From Promethearchaeota archaeon (lineage in GTDB: Archaea > Asgardarchaeota > Lokiarchaeia > Sigyniarchaeales > SOKP01): a stretch of DNA of 31,169 bases. Shown piece by piece: positions 1 through 9,638 of this stretch. Numbering within the stretch: position 1 is the stretch's first letter; each line of letters starts with the position of its first letter. The notes beneath the pieces are model-generated. The model was given only the letters and a program-made list of their open reading frames with translations. It did no database searches and was not told where the DNA came from. Made by a program: the position numbers and the translations under genes. The stretch covers positions 15,923-47,091 of the forward strand of contig JBHLOC010000036.1 of NCBI GenBank assembly GCA_048940925.1. Reading direction: 5' to 3'.

Positions 1-1057
1 TTAATATTTCTTCTGATTCTGCTCGATTGGATGCTCTTGAACTCGTTTTCAAAATTAAGGCTTTACATAAATTATAAGATCCTTTAATTCTCTTATTTTC
101 GGATTGTTCACTAAACTCTTGGATACGCCCTAAATAGTCATGTGCTAACTTAGTGTCACCAATATCTAAAGCTAATAAACATAAATCAACCAAAAGAGAA
201 GAAAGCCAGTTTATATTTCCAGTTTTTTCAATTAAAAGTACAGATTCCTCATAATATTTTAAAGCCTTGCGATAGTTGCCCTTATATCGATAAACTTCAC
301 CTATATTACCAAGACAAACTCCGATAGCTTGTGTGTGGTTAAATTCTTCAAGTATTTCTAAAGCTTGCTTATAATCATCCATACTTTGATCTAACTCTCC
401 CCTCATGGCAGATATACCCCCATGGTTAGAGAAGCTATATGCGATAATAGTTTTATCAGTAATTTCATCTGTCATCTGCTGACAACGCTCCGCATAATTT
501 AGAGCTTCTTCAAAATTTCCTTGGGCAGTATATGCCATTCCAATCAACAAAAGGCTCATGGCTATCTCATTTTTATCACCTACTTCTTCGAGTAATTTTA
601 AGCCCAATAGCAAATTGTTCAATGTTGCTTTGGGGTTACTCAAAAAATAATAAACCAAACCTTTAGATGTGGCTATAGATCCCTTTCTCTTAGTGATCTC
701 TATTGGATCTTCTACTTTAACGGCTTTAAGTAATTCTTCACCTTGTACTATCACCTCCATAGCATTCTTTGTATCCCCCAACCGTGTCAAAGCATTACCC
801 TTAATAATGAGAGCATCAATTGATTGAAGTCCTTTCATTAATTCTTTACTTTTTCGATACGCTAATTCACTAGAATCAATAGCTTCAGAAAATTTTCCTA
901 TGATATATAAAACAGAGCCTTTTAGAAGATGTAAATAAAGTAATTCTGATGAGGATAAACCACCCTTTTCCTCAATGTTATTTAATTCTTTTAGTGCTTC
1001 ATTAAACTTTCCTTCATTTTTAAGGATTTCTGCTTGTTTTAATTCTTCAGAAGGCAT
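1..1057 (-). CDS. Tetratricopeptide repeat (TPR) protein, 3' end outside window
   Basis: Not in ORF track. Manual translation from ATG at 1057: MPSEELKQAEILKNEGKFNEAL..., open to position 1, with TPR-like repeats (AMSLLLIGMAYTAQGNFEEALNYAERC; GVCLGNIGEVYRYKGNYRKALKYYEES). Confidence 0.9.
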   Translation of the reverse strand, partial: MPSEELKQAEILKNEGKFNEALKELNNIEEKGGLSSSELLYLHLLKGSVLYIIGKFSEAIDSSELAYRKSKELMKGLQSIDALIIKGNALTRLGDTKNAMEVIVQGEELLKAVKVEDPIEITKRKGSIATSKGLVYYFLSNPKATLNNLLLGLKLLEEVGDKNEIAMSLLLIGMAYTAQGNFEEALNYAERCQQMTDEITDKTIIAYSFSNHGGISAMRGELDQSMDDYKQALEILEEFNHTQAIGVCLGNIGEVYRYKGNYRKALKYYEESVLLIEKTGNINWLSSLLVDLCLLALDIGDTKLAHDYLGRIQEFSEQSENKRIKGSYNLCKALILKTSSRASNRAESEEIL

Positions 1058-1255
1058 TTTAAACTGATAAATCTTCTTATTTAGAACATGTCTTAGATTT
1101 TCTTATTTGACTAAATAGTGTAAATATAGCTATATATATAGAGATTATAATTGTTCTTATAAATTCGATGGTAGGGAGATTTTCAAAAACCTCTTAAAAA
1201 TGTGATTTTGTTCCTTTATTTATCTTATGAAGTTCAAGGGGAATCTTTTTTGTTC

Positions 1256-1345
1256 TCAATGAACCTGATAAAAACATAGGTTATATAGGATACTTTTAAA
1301 ATATAATTTTTCTGCTTCAACTAATTCTTTAGATTTTGATTTCAT
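1256..1345 (-). pseudogene. 29-codon ORF resembling the N-terminus of the adjacent TPR gene (possible relic)
   Basis: MKSKSKELVEAEKLYFKSILYNLCFYQVH*; S-K-EL-VE-AE-KL aligns with S-E-EL-KQ-AE-IL of the TPR protein. Confidence 0.35.
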
Positions 1346-1453
1346 AATTTTATTTGTTGGATTTACTTCAGTATTTCTTTAATTTCTTAAAAAATGATTT
1401 GATATGTTTAATAAATAGTTCTTTAAAATTATTTTAATTCTTTTATTTATATC

Positions 1454-2149
1454 ATGAAATTTAATTTTTATTTGTTTGATCTAGACGGTACTTTGTTCCA
1501 TCTTGGCAACATTGGGGCTTATGTAGATCAGATATTAAAAGAAACTTTTAGCATATTAGAAGCTAATAATCCTCCAAAAGGGAATGAAATATACAAACTT
1601 TGGTCTCCTGAAGAGGACTTTTTTGATGTTTTAAAAGAGTGGGGTGTTAAAGAACCACAAAAGTTTTGGAAATTTTTTGATCAAATAGATTTTGATAAGA
1701 GGAAAACGCTTATTAAAAATAAAAAAGCTTATTTATACCAAGACGTAAAGTTTGTATTAGAAAAAATTTATCATCATAAAGATAGTAAAAAACTTGCAAT
1801 TGTGACAAACACAGCATATTATATATGCGACTACATTTTAAATAAATTTAATATCGGTAAATTCTTTCATGAAACATTTTGTTTAGGATATTATGATAAT
1901 GACCAAGAATTTGCCAAACCAAGTGAGAAGGGAATTCTTACAATATTGGATAAATTTGAATATGATCAAAAAATCTCAAAAGCCATCTTGGTTGGAGATT
2001 CCAAATTTGATATAATTGCCGCTAAAAAAGCTAATATTCATGCATGTCTAATAATAAGGAACAAAGATACATATATTAGGCATTACAAAAAGTGGGACAT
2101 ACAACCAGATTATATCATAGAAGGATTAGAAGAACTTCTTTATTTATAA
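1454..2149 (+). CDS. HAD-superfamily hydrolase (phosphoglycolate phosphatase-like)
   Basis: Motif I FDLDGTL, motif II VTN, motif III KP, motif IV VGDSKFDIIAAKKA. Confidence 0.92.
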   Translation: MKFNFYLFDLDGTLFHLGNIGAYVDQILKETFSILEANNPPKGNEIYKLWSPEEDFFDVLKEWGVKEPQKFWKFFDQIDFDKRKTLIKNKKAYLYQDVKFVLEKIYHHKDSKKLAIVTNTAYYICDYILNKFNIGKFFHETFCLGYYDNDQEFAKPSEKGILTILDKFEYDQKISKAILVGDSKFDIIAAKKANIHACLIIRNKDTYIRHYKKWDIQPDYIIEGLEELLYL

Positions 2150-2276
2150 TATGATTAAGTCCATGATTTTTTCTCTAATCGCTCGAAATTAATGAAATAA
2201 TACAAATTGAATGAATAATATTAAATAATCACAGTGATTTTTATTTAATATTGAAAATCTTAAGAGAACAATCCGT

Positions 2277-4004
2277 ATGTCGACAAAATTAGGAGAAGAC
2301 GATTTACTTAGGAAAAAGATATGGAAAATCATCAACCTTATTCAAGCTAATCAGTTATTTGTGCATTCTAAAGATTTAACAATTAAGCATTATGATGAGA
2401 AGAGTAAAAAAGTTAAAACTCAAATCTTACCAGAAATACTCTCTTTATGTGTTTTAAATGCATTAGTACCTAATTCTGCGATGTTATTAATTGGTGGTCA
2501 TGGAGGAGGTAAAACTACACTAGTAAAATTGTTAGGAAGAATGTTTACTGCCAATTCCCTTAATGAAATTGAAAGCTCAATTATAAGGGGGCATCCCCAA
2601 TTAACCGAAGAGAAACTTATAGGTACATTAAAATTAGGGAAATTAATGAAGGATGGAGAGGAAGAAGTTGTATGGCGACAATTTGTAACAAACTTTTGGA
2701 AAATTATTGATGAAGTAAACCGTCTAACCCCATATGCTCAAGATATATTACTTTCTCTGCTTGCTGAAGGAACTGTTAAATATTACGATACAATTACTAC
2801 GGTAACTAAATATTGTTTATTTGCTACCATAAATCCTCATGATGTAGGTACCTTCGAATTATCTCAACCATTTTTGGATAGATTCGGAATATCAGTCCCA
2901 ATTGCGATGCCAGCAAGTCATGATTTACAATTAATCTTAACAGGGAAGGATGAAAAATATAGTGGGTATGATGAATTAATACAAGTTCCTAAAATTCTTA
3001 CTATTGATGATTTGATGGAAGTCTGGTATTATGTCAACAGAATGCCCTTTTCATCTGATGTAAACAGTTATATTCATGCAATTGTACGAGAATATACACT
3101 ATGCGATAGACTTGATAAGGGTAATACTGAAGATCTTAAACCAAGTACAGGTTTGTGCTCGGGTTGTCATTTCAACACAGCTCAGAATATATGTAATAAG
3201 ATAGATTCAATTTTGAGTGTGAGAGTTGCAAAAGATCTCTTAAGATATTCAAAAGCAGTTGCTTGGTTATTAAATCTACCCATCGTTGACATTAATGTTG
3301 TTAATACTATTGCTAGTTATGTTATTTCTCATAGAACAGAATATGTTAAAAGAGAATTAGAAAAATCTCCTTATTATGGTAATATTTATGAATTTTCCAA
3401 GAAGATCTTAAATTTGATTAAAAAGCGATATAAAAAGCGAGAATTTTGTTATCAAATTACTGAAAGGTATAGAAAGGGAAATCCCAAAGAAAATGATTTA
3501 ATCGAGTTAAAAAAGTTTGAGAAGAATGATTTAATTGTAAAATACGATTTAATCCCGTTTGTAAATTCGGTTGACAATAAAACATATCCTCCTCTTGCTC
3601 AACAAATAGGTGAAGCTGCTAAAAAAGGAGATATAAATAAACTCGCCGAAATACGAAACAAGTTAATGGGGAATATAGAATTTCCAAATAGAGGAGATTT
3701 AATTGAATGGTGTAATCGAGAACTTTACAAACAAACAGTTACAGATTATATCATTAAATATGAATATTGGAAAGAATTATGGGCTGATGTTGCAGCTGAA
3801 TTATCAAATTTAGACCAACCTTTAAAGAATGCATTCAGTCAAAGGCAAACTAAACAAATCCGCACTCAAGATATGTTATTAGAAATTAATGTGACTGGAA
3901 CTAAAGAAGATTCTTTAGTAAATATTCAAATTTCTGGTGGCTCTGAAGCCTTGAGATTAAGAGAGATTCTGGATAAATTCGAGTATATACAAAAAGAAGA
4001 ATAG
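2277..4004 (+). CDS. MoxR-like AAA+ ATPase with a Cys-containing lid insertion
   Basis: Walker A GGHGGGKTT, Walker B IIDEVNR, sensor-1 ATINP, arginine finger FLDRF; Cys cluster LCDR...LCSGCHF...ICNK. Confidence 0.88.
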   Translation: MSTKLGEDDLLRKKIWKIINLIQANQLFVHSKDLTIKHYDEKSKKVKTQILPEILSLCVLNALVPNSAMLLIGGHGGGKTTLVKLLGRMFTANSLNEIESSIIRGHPQLTEEKLIGTLKLGKLMKDGEEEVVWRQFVTNFWKIIDEVNRLTPYAQDILLSLLAEGTVKYYDTITTVTKYCLFATINPHDVGTFELSQPFLDRFGISVPIAMPASHDLQLILTGKDEKYSGYDELIQVPKILTIDDLMEVWYYVNRMPFSSDVNSYIHAIVREYTLCDRLDKGNTEDLKPSTGLCSGCHFNTAQNICNKIDSILSVRVAKDLLRYSKAVAWLLNLPIVDINVVNTIASYVISHRTEYVKRELEKSPYYGNIYEFSKKILNLIKKRYKKREFCYQITERYRKGNPKENDLIELKKFEKNDLIVKYDLIPFVNSVDNKTYPPLAQQIGEAAKKGDINKLAEIRNKLMGNIEFPNRGDLIEWCNRELYKQTVTDYIIKYEYWKELWADVAAELSNLDQPLKNAFSQRQTKQIRTQDMLLEINVTGTKEDSLVNIQISGGSEALRLREILDKFEYIQKEE

Positions 4005-4080
4005 AACAATTAAACTTTGAATATCATTATATTGATTTTCGTTATATGCTTTTTCTTCCTTATATTGAGATTAAAATAGA

Positions 4081-4764
4081 TTATCTTTTTCTCAATTCAA
4101 TTTTTAACCATATCGGTAAATTTGCTAATGTAATTTTCTCAACAGAAAAATTTTTTTCAAATGAAGATTTGTTCAATATATCTTTTAGTTCATTTATATC
4201 ATATGTCATCTTAATTTGCTTCTTTAAGAAGTATGGAACTAATTTTCGAGTAAGGAATCCTTCATGAGAAAGATTTTTTTTAATTTCTTCTTTAAGACTT
4301 GATTCATCATATTCTTTATGACTCTCAAATAATATAGCAGATCGCTTTGGTTTTAAAATACGATAGATCTCGTTTAATCCTTCTATGGGATCATTCCATA
4401 GATAAAAACTTCCTGTACACGTTATTAGGTCAAAATAATTACTATTATAATTAGTGTTGGTGATATTGCCTTGTTGTAGATCAGTTTTTATATTTTTAAG
4501 ATTAGTTTTTGCAAGATTTATCATCTTTTCTGAAATATCAAGTCCGTATAACTCAATTTTGGGATTTAGTTTATTAATTTCGATTAGCAATCTTCCGTGC
4601 CCTGTTCCAATATCCAACAGGGACCCTTCATTTATTTGTGTTAATAAAATTTCAGCAATTTGACTTCTTTGAACCTTCATTGGTTCTAATTGCATCATTT
4701 TATCATATAATTTAGCGGCAAATTTTGGTAATTTGATAAAACTTTTTTCTCCACGATCACTCAT
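4081..4764 (-). CDS. Class I SAM-dependent methyltransferase
   Basis: LLDIGTGHG motif I, GLDISEKMI, FDLITC, EIYRILKP. Confidence 0.92.
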   Translation of the reverse strand: MSDRGEKSFIKLPKFAAKLYDKMMQLEPMKVQRSQIAEILLTQINEGSLLDIGTGHGRLLIEINKLNPKIELYGLDISEKMINLAKTNLKNIKTDLQQGNITNTNYNSNYFDLITCTGSFYLWNDPIEGLNEIYRILKPKRSAILFESHKEYDESSLKEEIKKNLSHEGFLTRKLVPYFLKKQIKMTYDINELKDILNKSSFEKNFSVEKITLANLPIWLKIELRKR

Positions 4765-4844
4765 AAATTAATATTCAATTAATCTTTTAATTAAATTAAG
4801 TTTATTTTTTCAGAAATACAGAGAAATTAAAAATAATTAAATCA

Positions 4845-5723
4845 GTGAAAAGATTGAAGTTAAAAGGAATTGATAAATTTCGAGAAAGAATACCTAAATT
4901 TTCAGGCAAAAAGATAATAATTCTACCAATATATTGTATCTTCATTTTTATAATTAGTCTAATGACTCAAATCTATTTTGATTTATTGCCAACTGTAATT
5001 CCTGTTGAGGGTGTATTAGGATATTTTGTTCTCTTATTTCCGGTTTTGGGAGTAGCTCTGATGGGATCAATAGCTATATTTTTAGTATTTCAAATGTGGT
5101 ACCGTCGAGATCGTTTAAAAGCAAAGTATGGTCAATTTTCATACCAAAAAATATTTCTTGTAGGATTCGGAGGCGTCATCATTATCTTTAGTATTGTAGT
5201 ACATAGCTTAATCCTCTTTTATTTCTGGGAGATTAATTTCTGGTCCCAAAATCCCTTCTCAATATTCATAACTCCATTGACATCATACATTACACCATTT
5301 TCTCTAGTTCTAGGCTATATTCATTTCTTTTTAGGTGTATTTATATGTATATTGGGAGTGATGATGTTGGTTCGAGCTATAGAAACTTTTGGGTTTGATT
5401 ATATGGCCGTTACTTATCTTTATTTCCCTGAAGAGAGTGAATTACAAGATCATAAAATTTACTCAGTGTTACGGCATCCAACATATAGCGGGATTTTATT
5501 GATTTGCTGTGGTGGAATGATTATTTATTTAACTCTATATTCAGTTGCATTTTTTCTTATCCTATACGTTGGGATGTATATTCATATTCATTTTGTAGAA
5601 GAAAAAGAATTAATTAATCGATTTGGTAATTCATACAAAGAATATAGAAAGAAGACTCCCGCATTTTTTGTTCACATGAAAAATTGGGGTTTATTTCTCA
5701 AATTCATTCTTGGGAGAGAATAA
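4845..5723 (+). CDS. Isoprenylcysteine carboxyl methyltransferase / PEMT-family integral membrane methyltransferase
   Basis: Multiple TM helices; IYSVLRHPTYSG, EEKELINRFGNSYKEYRKKTPAF are family signatures. GTG start. Confidence 0.88.
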   Translation: MKRLKLKGIDKFRERIPKFSGKKIIILPIYCIFIFIISLMTQIYFDLLPTVIPVEGVLGYFVLLFPVLGVALMGSIAIFLVFQMWYRRDRLKAKYGQFSYQKIFLVGFGGVIIIFSIVVHSLILFYFWEINFWSQNPFSIFITPLTSYITPFSLVLGYIHFFLGVFICILGVMMLVRAIETFGFDYMAVTYLYFPEESELQDHKIYSVLRHPTYSGILLICCGGMIIYLTLYSVAFFLILYVGMYIHIHFVEEKELINRFGNSYKEYRKKTPAFFVHMKNWGLFLKFILGRE

Positions 5724-5779
5724 ATTTTCGAATTTCAGTGATGTCAGTTAATTCCATTCAATATAAAGATATGATAAAC

Positions 5780-6310
5780 ATGAAAAAAATACTAAATTTT
5801 GAGTTTATTGAAAAAGAAATTAAGAAGAAGACTTTCGGAATTATTAGCACGATTGATCAAAACGGCCAGTCTCATTCCACAGGGATTGTATATGGTACAG
5901 CTCCTTCTAAATCAAAATTTGTTTTGTACATTCTAACGGATCGAAATTATAAGAAGGTTAAGAATATAGAAAATAATAATTCTGTTTCATTTGTAATACC
6001 ATTTCCTCATCATATTTTAAGATTTGTTCCAGCAACATGTATTCAGTTCCAAGGCATAGCACAAATTGTGCCTTTTAATGATAGTGAGGCTCAGGAATCA
6101 TTTAGAAATGGTTCCAAAATCCTAAAAACGAACTTAAAACAAGTAAAGAAGATGATTAATAAGGAAGAAAGAGTAGTTTTTATAAAAGTTATTCCGATTA
6201 AGAAACTATTTTGTTACGGATTAGGTTTTAGTTTAATGAAACTCCGTAAGAATATTGAAAGTGGTTCCTATTTCGTTAGAATCCCTGATGAGCGACAAAT
6301 TTTTTATTAA
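5780..6310 (+). CDS. Pyridoxamine 5'-phosphate oxidase-like (split-barrel FMN/F420-binding) protein
   Basis: FGIISTIDQNGQSHST...TDRNYKKVKNIENNNSVSF...IQFQGIA. ATG at 5780 (or 5771) is preferred over the track start 5684, which overlaps the upstream gene. Confidence 0.82.
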   Translation: MKKILNFEFIEKEIKKKTFGIISTIDQNGQSHSTGIVYGTAPSKSKFVLYILTDRNYKKVKNIENNNSVSFVIPFPHHILRFVPATCIQFQGIAQIVPFNDSEAQESFRNGSKILKTNLKQVKKMINKEERVVFIKVIPIKKLFCYGLGFSLMKLRKNIESGSYFVRIPDERQIFY

Positions 6311-6371
6311 TATGGAAAATCAGGTCAAAATGATTAATACTCTTATTTGTAATAAATAAATTAATTATATT

Positions 6372-6500
6372 CTCAAAAGTCGTCCCATATCACAAAATAA
6401 TTGCAAATTTTTGATTTATATCAGAATTAATTTTGAGACTATAGCTAAAAAGATTCATATCATCCACATTCTAAAGGAGTTCTACGAGATCTCAAACTAC
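6372..6500 (-). pseudogene. Degenerate relic of an F420-dependent nitroreductase (DDN) paralog
   Basis: Minus strand reads RRTPLEC (6486-6466) and SDINQKFAIIL*Y (6425-6387), matching RRTPLEY and SDINQKLTIFKWY in the intact gene at 7955-8527; in-frame TGA and a large internal deletion. Confidence 0.65.
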
Positions 6501-6602
6501 TCTTCTCATATTCTTATAAATTTTGATATTATTCTAAGAAGAAAACAGGATCAACAAATTAAAACTTATTATTATTACTAATACAATTGTCTAAAATGCT
6601 CT

Positions 6603-7866
6603 TTACTTTTCGACGTCGTACTGTCCTGGAATGATTGAACTTGACCACTAATAATGAATGCAATTACTGTTGTAATTCCCGCAGGAATAAATAATAATGG
6701 AACCCAAGTCATTTCCACAATAATGAAGATTGCTGCTATAGGATTATTTGTTGCTGCGCCTAAAGTAGCAGAGATTCCTAATAATACAAATAATTCAGGA
6801 TTTTTCGGATAAAAGATAAGACCAAATAAACCCCCGAGTATTCCTCCAATAATCATTAAAGGCATAATTATTCCAGCACTATTCATTGTCCCTATTGAAA
6901 GAACAATCGCAATAAGTATAGCAATTGAAAAGATTAGTAAATAGCCCCAAGGAATATTATAGATAAAACTGGTTAATACATTCAAAAATGATATATCCGG
7001 ATGAACAAGTTCTTCACTATAAGTAAAATTTATACAGGGTACTATTATTAATAGGAAAAGCCCATAACAAATCCCTCCGAATAAAGGTAATATCCATAAT
7101 CCTATTTTTTTTTAAAATGCTTTTTTAATTGATTGATGAAACTTCTTAAGATAATTGTGTAAAAAGCGACAAAAATCCCTATAATAATTCCAAAAATAAC
7201 TAAAATTGGAAAAAGAAGAATATAATTGATGCTTTCTGGTGCTGCTGTAGAGAGTTGAGTACTTATTAGAGGAGCAAATCCAAAAACAAGACAGAAAAAA
7301 ATATAAGCGATTGTAGAAGATATTATTGAGGGGATTAATGATTTATAATGTATATAGTTATTATATGGAAGTTCAGCACAAAATAGAGCTCCACTTATGG
7401 GAACTTTTAATAGTGCAGCGGTACAAGCACTAGCGCCTATAAATGAATAATTGCTTCTATTTGGATTGTCCTTTTTTGAGAAAAGAACTTCTAAATTAGC
7501 TCCGATTAAAAGACCAGGCCCTTCTAATCCACAAATCATTCCAGATCCGAATGTACATGACGTTGCAAATGTTTTTGCAATGGAATTTGGACCTTTCTTA
7601 TAATCAATATCTGATAAGGTGACCTCTTTTATAAATTGATCTGAACCCGTCCCCATAATTCTTTCAAATCTTCCATACTTTACTAAAAGACTTGTTAAAA
7701 AACTTGCTAAAATTGGCGCTAAAAAATAAGGTATGAATGTAAGCCCAGTTTTGAAAAAAAATACAAGATAATTAAACAAAATCATTATAAATCCACATAT
7801 TACACCAAGGATAATAGCCATAACGAATATACGATAATTAATATGAGTCCAAGTTATTTTAAACAC
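6603..7866 (-). pseudogene. ClC chloride channel / H+-Cl- antiporter interrupted by two apparent single-base deletions (pseudogene or sequence error)
   Basis: ClC motifs GTGS, GLEGP (gating Glu), PISGALFCAEL, SAGIIMP, NNPIAAIFIIVEMT are split across track ORFs 7102-7866 and 6578-6985. One extra A in the A9 run (7105-7113) joins them (KKKIGLWILPLFGG...). One extra base near 6643 gives a ClC-like end SG-x-SSIIPGQYDVEK* (stop 6603-6605). Confidence 0.82.
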
Positions 7867-7954
7867 AAAAAATCCTCTTGAATAGTTTAAATTTAATAAA
7901 ATTATTCAAATAATTTCTGAAAGTCATATAAATGTATTTAAGATTAAAAATGAG

Positions 7955-8527
7955 CTAATTATTGTTTTTATGAAGTAAGACGATAGTTATTAAATTTGTT
8001 AGTTTTGAGAGATTAGTGGTTTCAAGATTATCTTTTTTAGGATCCCAACCAAATAATACTTTTGCTGCCTTACTAAATTTCGATATGTACCATTTAAAAA
8101 TTGTCAACTTTTGGTTTATGTCGGAGACAAATTCTAATCGAGGCTTGAAATGGTGAAATCCGCGCATAACTGATACATTATCTGGATTTGACCGTAAATT
8201 TTTTATCCATGTTGCATTCTCTCCTCGTGCAGCAAAGATAACAATAATTCCTTCGTATCGTCTGTACTCTAATGGAGTTCTTCTAGTTTTTCCTGTTTTC
8301 CATCCCTTTGTCTTTAGAATCAAAAATATCTTTCCGAATCCTAATGCAGGCAATAATCTTGCCCTATACAATGGTATTATTAAATACTTGTTTAATTTTC
8401 TCCATCTTTTTAAAATTTTTTTTCTAGATTCTTCATCTTGATAGTGAAAATTATACATTACCGACCCAGCACGCGGTAATTCTTCACTTTCCATGTTAAT
8501 CTCGCTTGGTTTAAACAGTATCACCAT
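7955..8527 (-). CDS. Deazaflavin (F420)-dependent nitroreductase-family oxidoreductase
   Basis: LILKTKGWKTGKTRRTPLEY and AARGENATWIKNLRSNP are DDN-family signatures. Alternative start ATG at 8494. Confidence 0.88.
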   Translation of the reverse strand: MVILFKPSEINMESEELPRAGSVMYNFHYQDEESRKKILKRWRKLNKYLIIPLYRARLLPALGFGKIFLILKTKGWKTGKTRRTPLEYRRYEGIIVIFAARGENATWIKNLRSNPDNVSVMRGFHHFKPRLEFVSDINQKLTIFKWYISKFSKAAKVLFGWDPKKDNLETTNLSKLTNLITIVLLHKNNN

Positions 8528-8659
8528 TAGAAAAATTTTATTAGTTATGAATTTTAAACAATATTTTTCACTTAAAGTTATTGAGTTTGAATTTGAAAAT
8601 AATTGGATAATACCTCAATTAGGTTCTTATCTATAAATTACTAGTTTTCAAAAGTTAAT

Positions 8660-9391
8660 CTAATACAAGGGAAAGTAACCCCAAATTGCTAGTATAATAA
8701 GATAAATGCTTAACCCTAACATGATTATCCAAATTGGTTTATTAAATAACATATGAGGTACTTTTTTTTTATATTCTTCTACTTTTTTTACTCCAAAAGT
8801 TTTCTCAAGATTTAACGCTGATTCAATCCATCCACTTAACCAATGTGAATAGTAAAATATGGGAGCTAAGATTAAACTATAGACTGCTCCGAGTATTAAA
8901 GCCATTCCGATATATATTAACATAAGAGATGTATATATTGGATTCCGGACTATACCCCAAAATCCTGTATCTAAAATCTCTTTAGATTCAAAATGTTGAT
9001 AACTTATAACTTTTAAAACTTTAGATGCAGTTATAATTAGAATAAAAATCCCTGGAATAGCAAATCCAAAACCTATTATACTTAAAATTAGTCCAGGTAA
9101 TACACCAAAATTAATGAAGGGTTCAGTAAATACCTGATTTGAAGGAGTTAAAAACATCCCAAGAGAGCCATAAATTCTCGGTTGTATAGTAAATGGCACA
9201 GCAAACACAATAAAAATACCAAAAAACGCCCCGGAATTTACTGTTATTTTGAAAAATATTAAATGTTTTTCTGGATTTCGCTGATGATATATTATGAAAA
9301 TGCTATATGTCCCAATGAGTGAGAAATATAAAAACAACCAAGCAAACGGATTATATAAGAGATTTAAAAACATTTCAAGCAATAAATTCAT
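8660..9391 (-). CDS. ICMT/PEMT-family integral membrane methyltransferase
   Basis: TM helices; LDTGFWGIVRNPIYTS, ESALNLEKTFG...EEYKKKVP. Confidence 0.82.
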   Translation of the reverse strand: MNLLLEMFLNLLYNPFAWLFLYFSLIGTYSIFIIYHQRNPEKHLIFFKITVNSGAFFGIFIVFAVPFTIQPRIYGSLGMFLTPSNQVFTEPFINFGVLPGLILSIIGFGFAIPGIFILIITASKVLKVISYQHFESKEILDTGFWGIVRNPIYTSLMLIYIGMALILGAVYSLILAPIFYYSHWLSGWIESALNLEKTFGVKKVEEYKKKVPHMLFNKPIWIIMLGLSIYLIILAIWGYFPLY

Positions 9392-9638
9392 AAATATAAC
9401 CGAGAAAGTTGATAATTAATAGTTATTTGCAATAACGAATAATAGAATTTATTTATTTTATTTTAATTTAAAATTTAAATTCCTTAATTCACTCCTCTTT
9501 TTAAAAAAAGTACTAGTTCTAATCTAGTTTTATACTTCTGAGTATAACCACAATTTTTATCGAACCTATTAATTTGAATGAAAGAGAAGATGAGATAATT
9601 TTACTTAGAAGACATTTCAAACTTTTAATAGGATTTCT

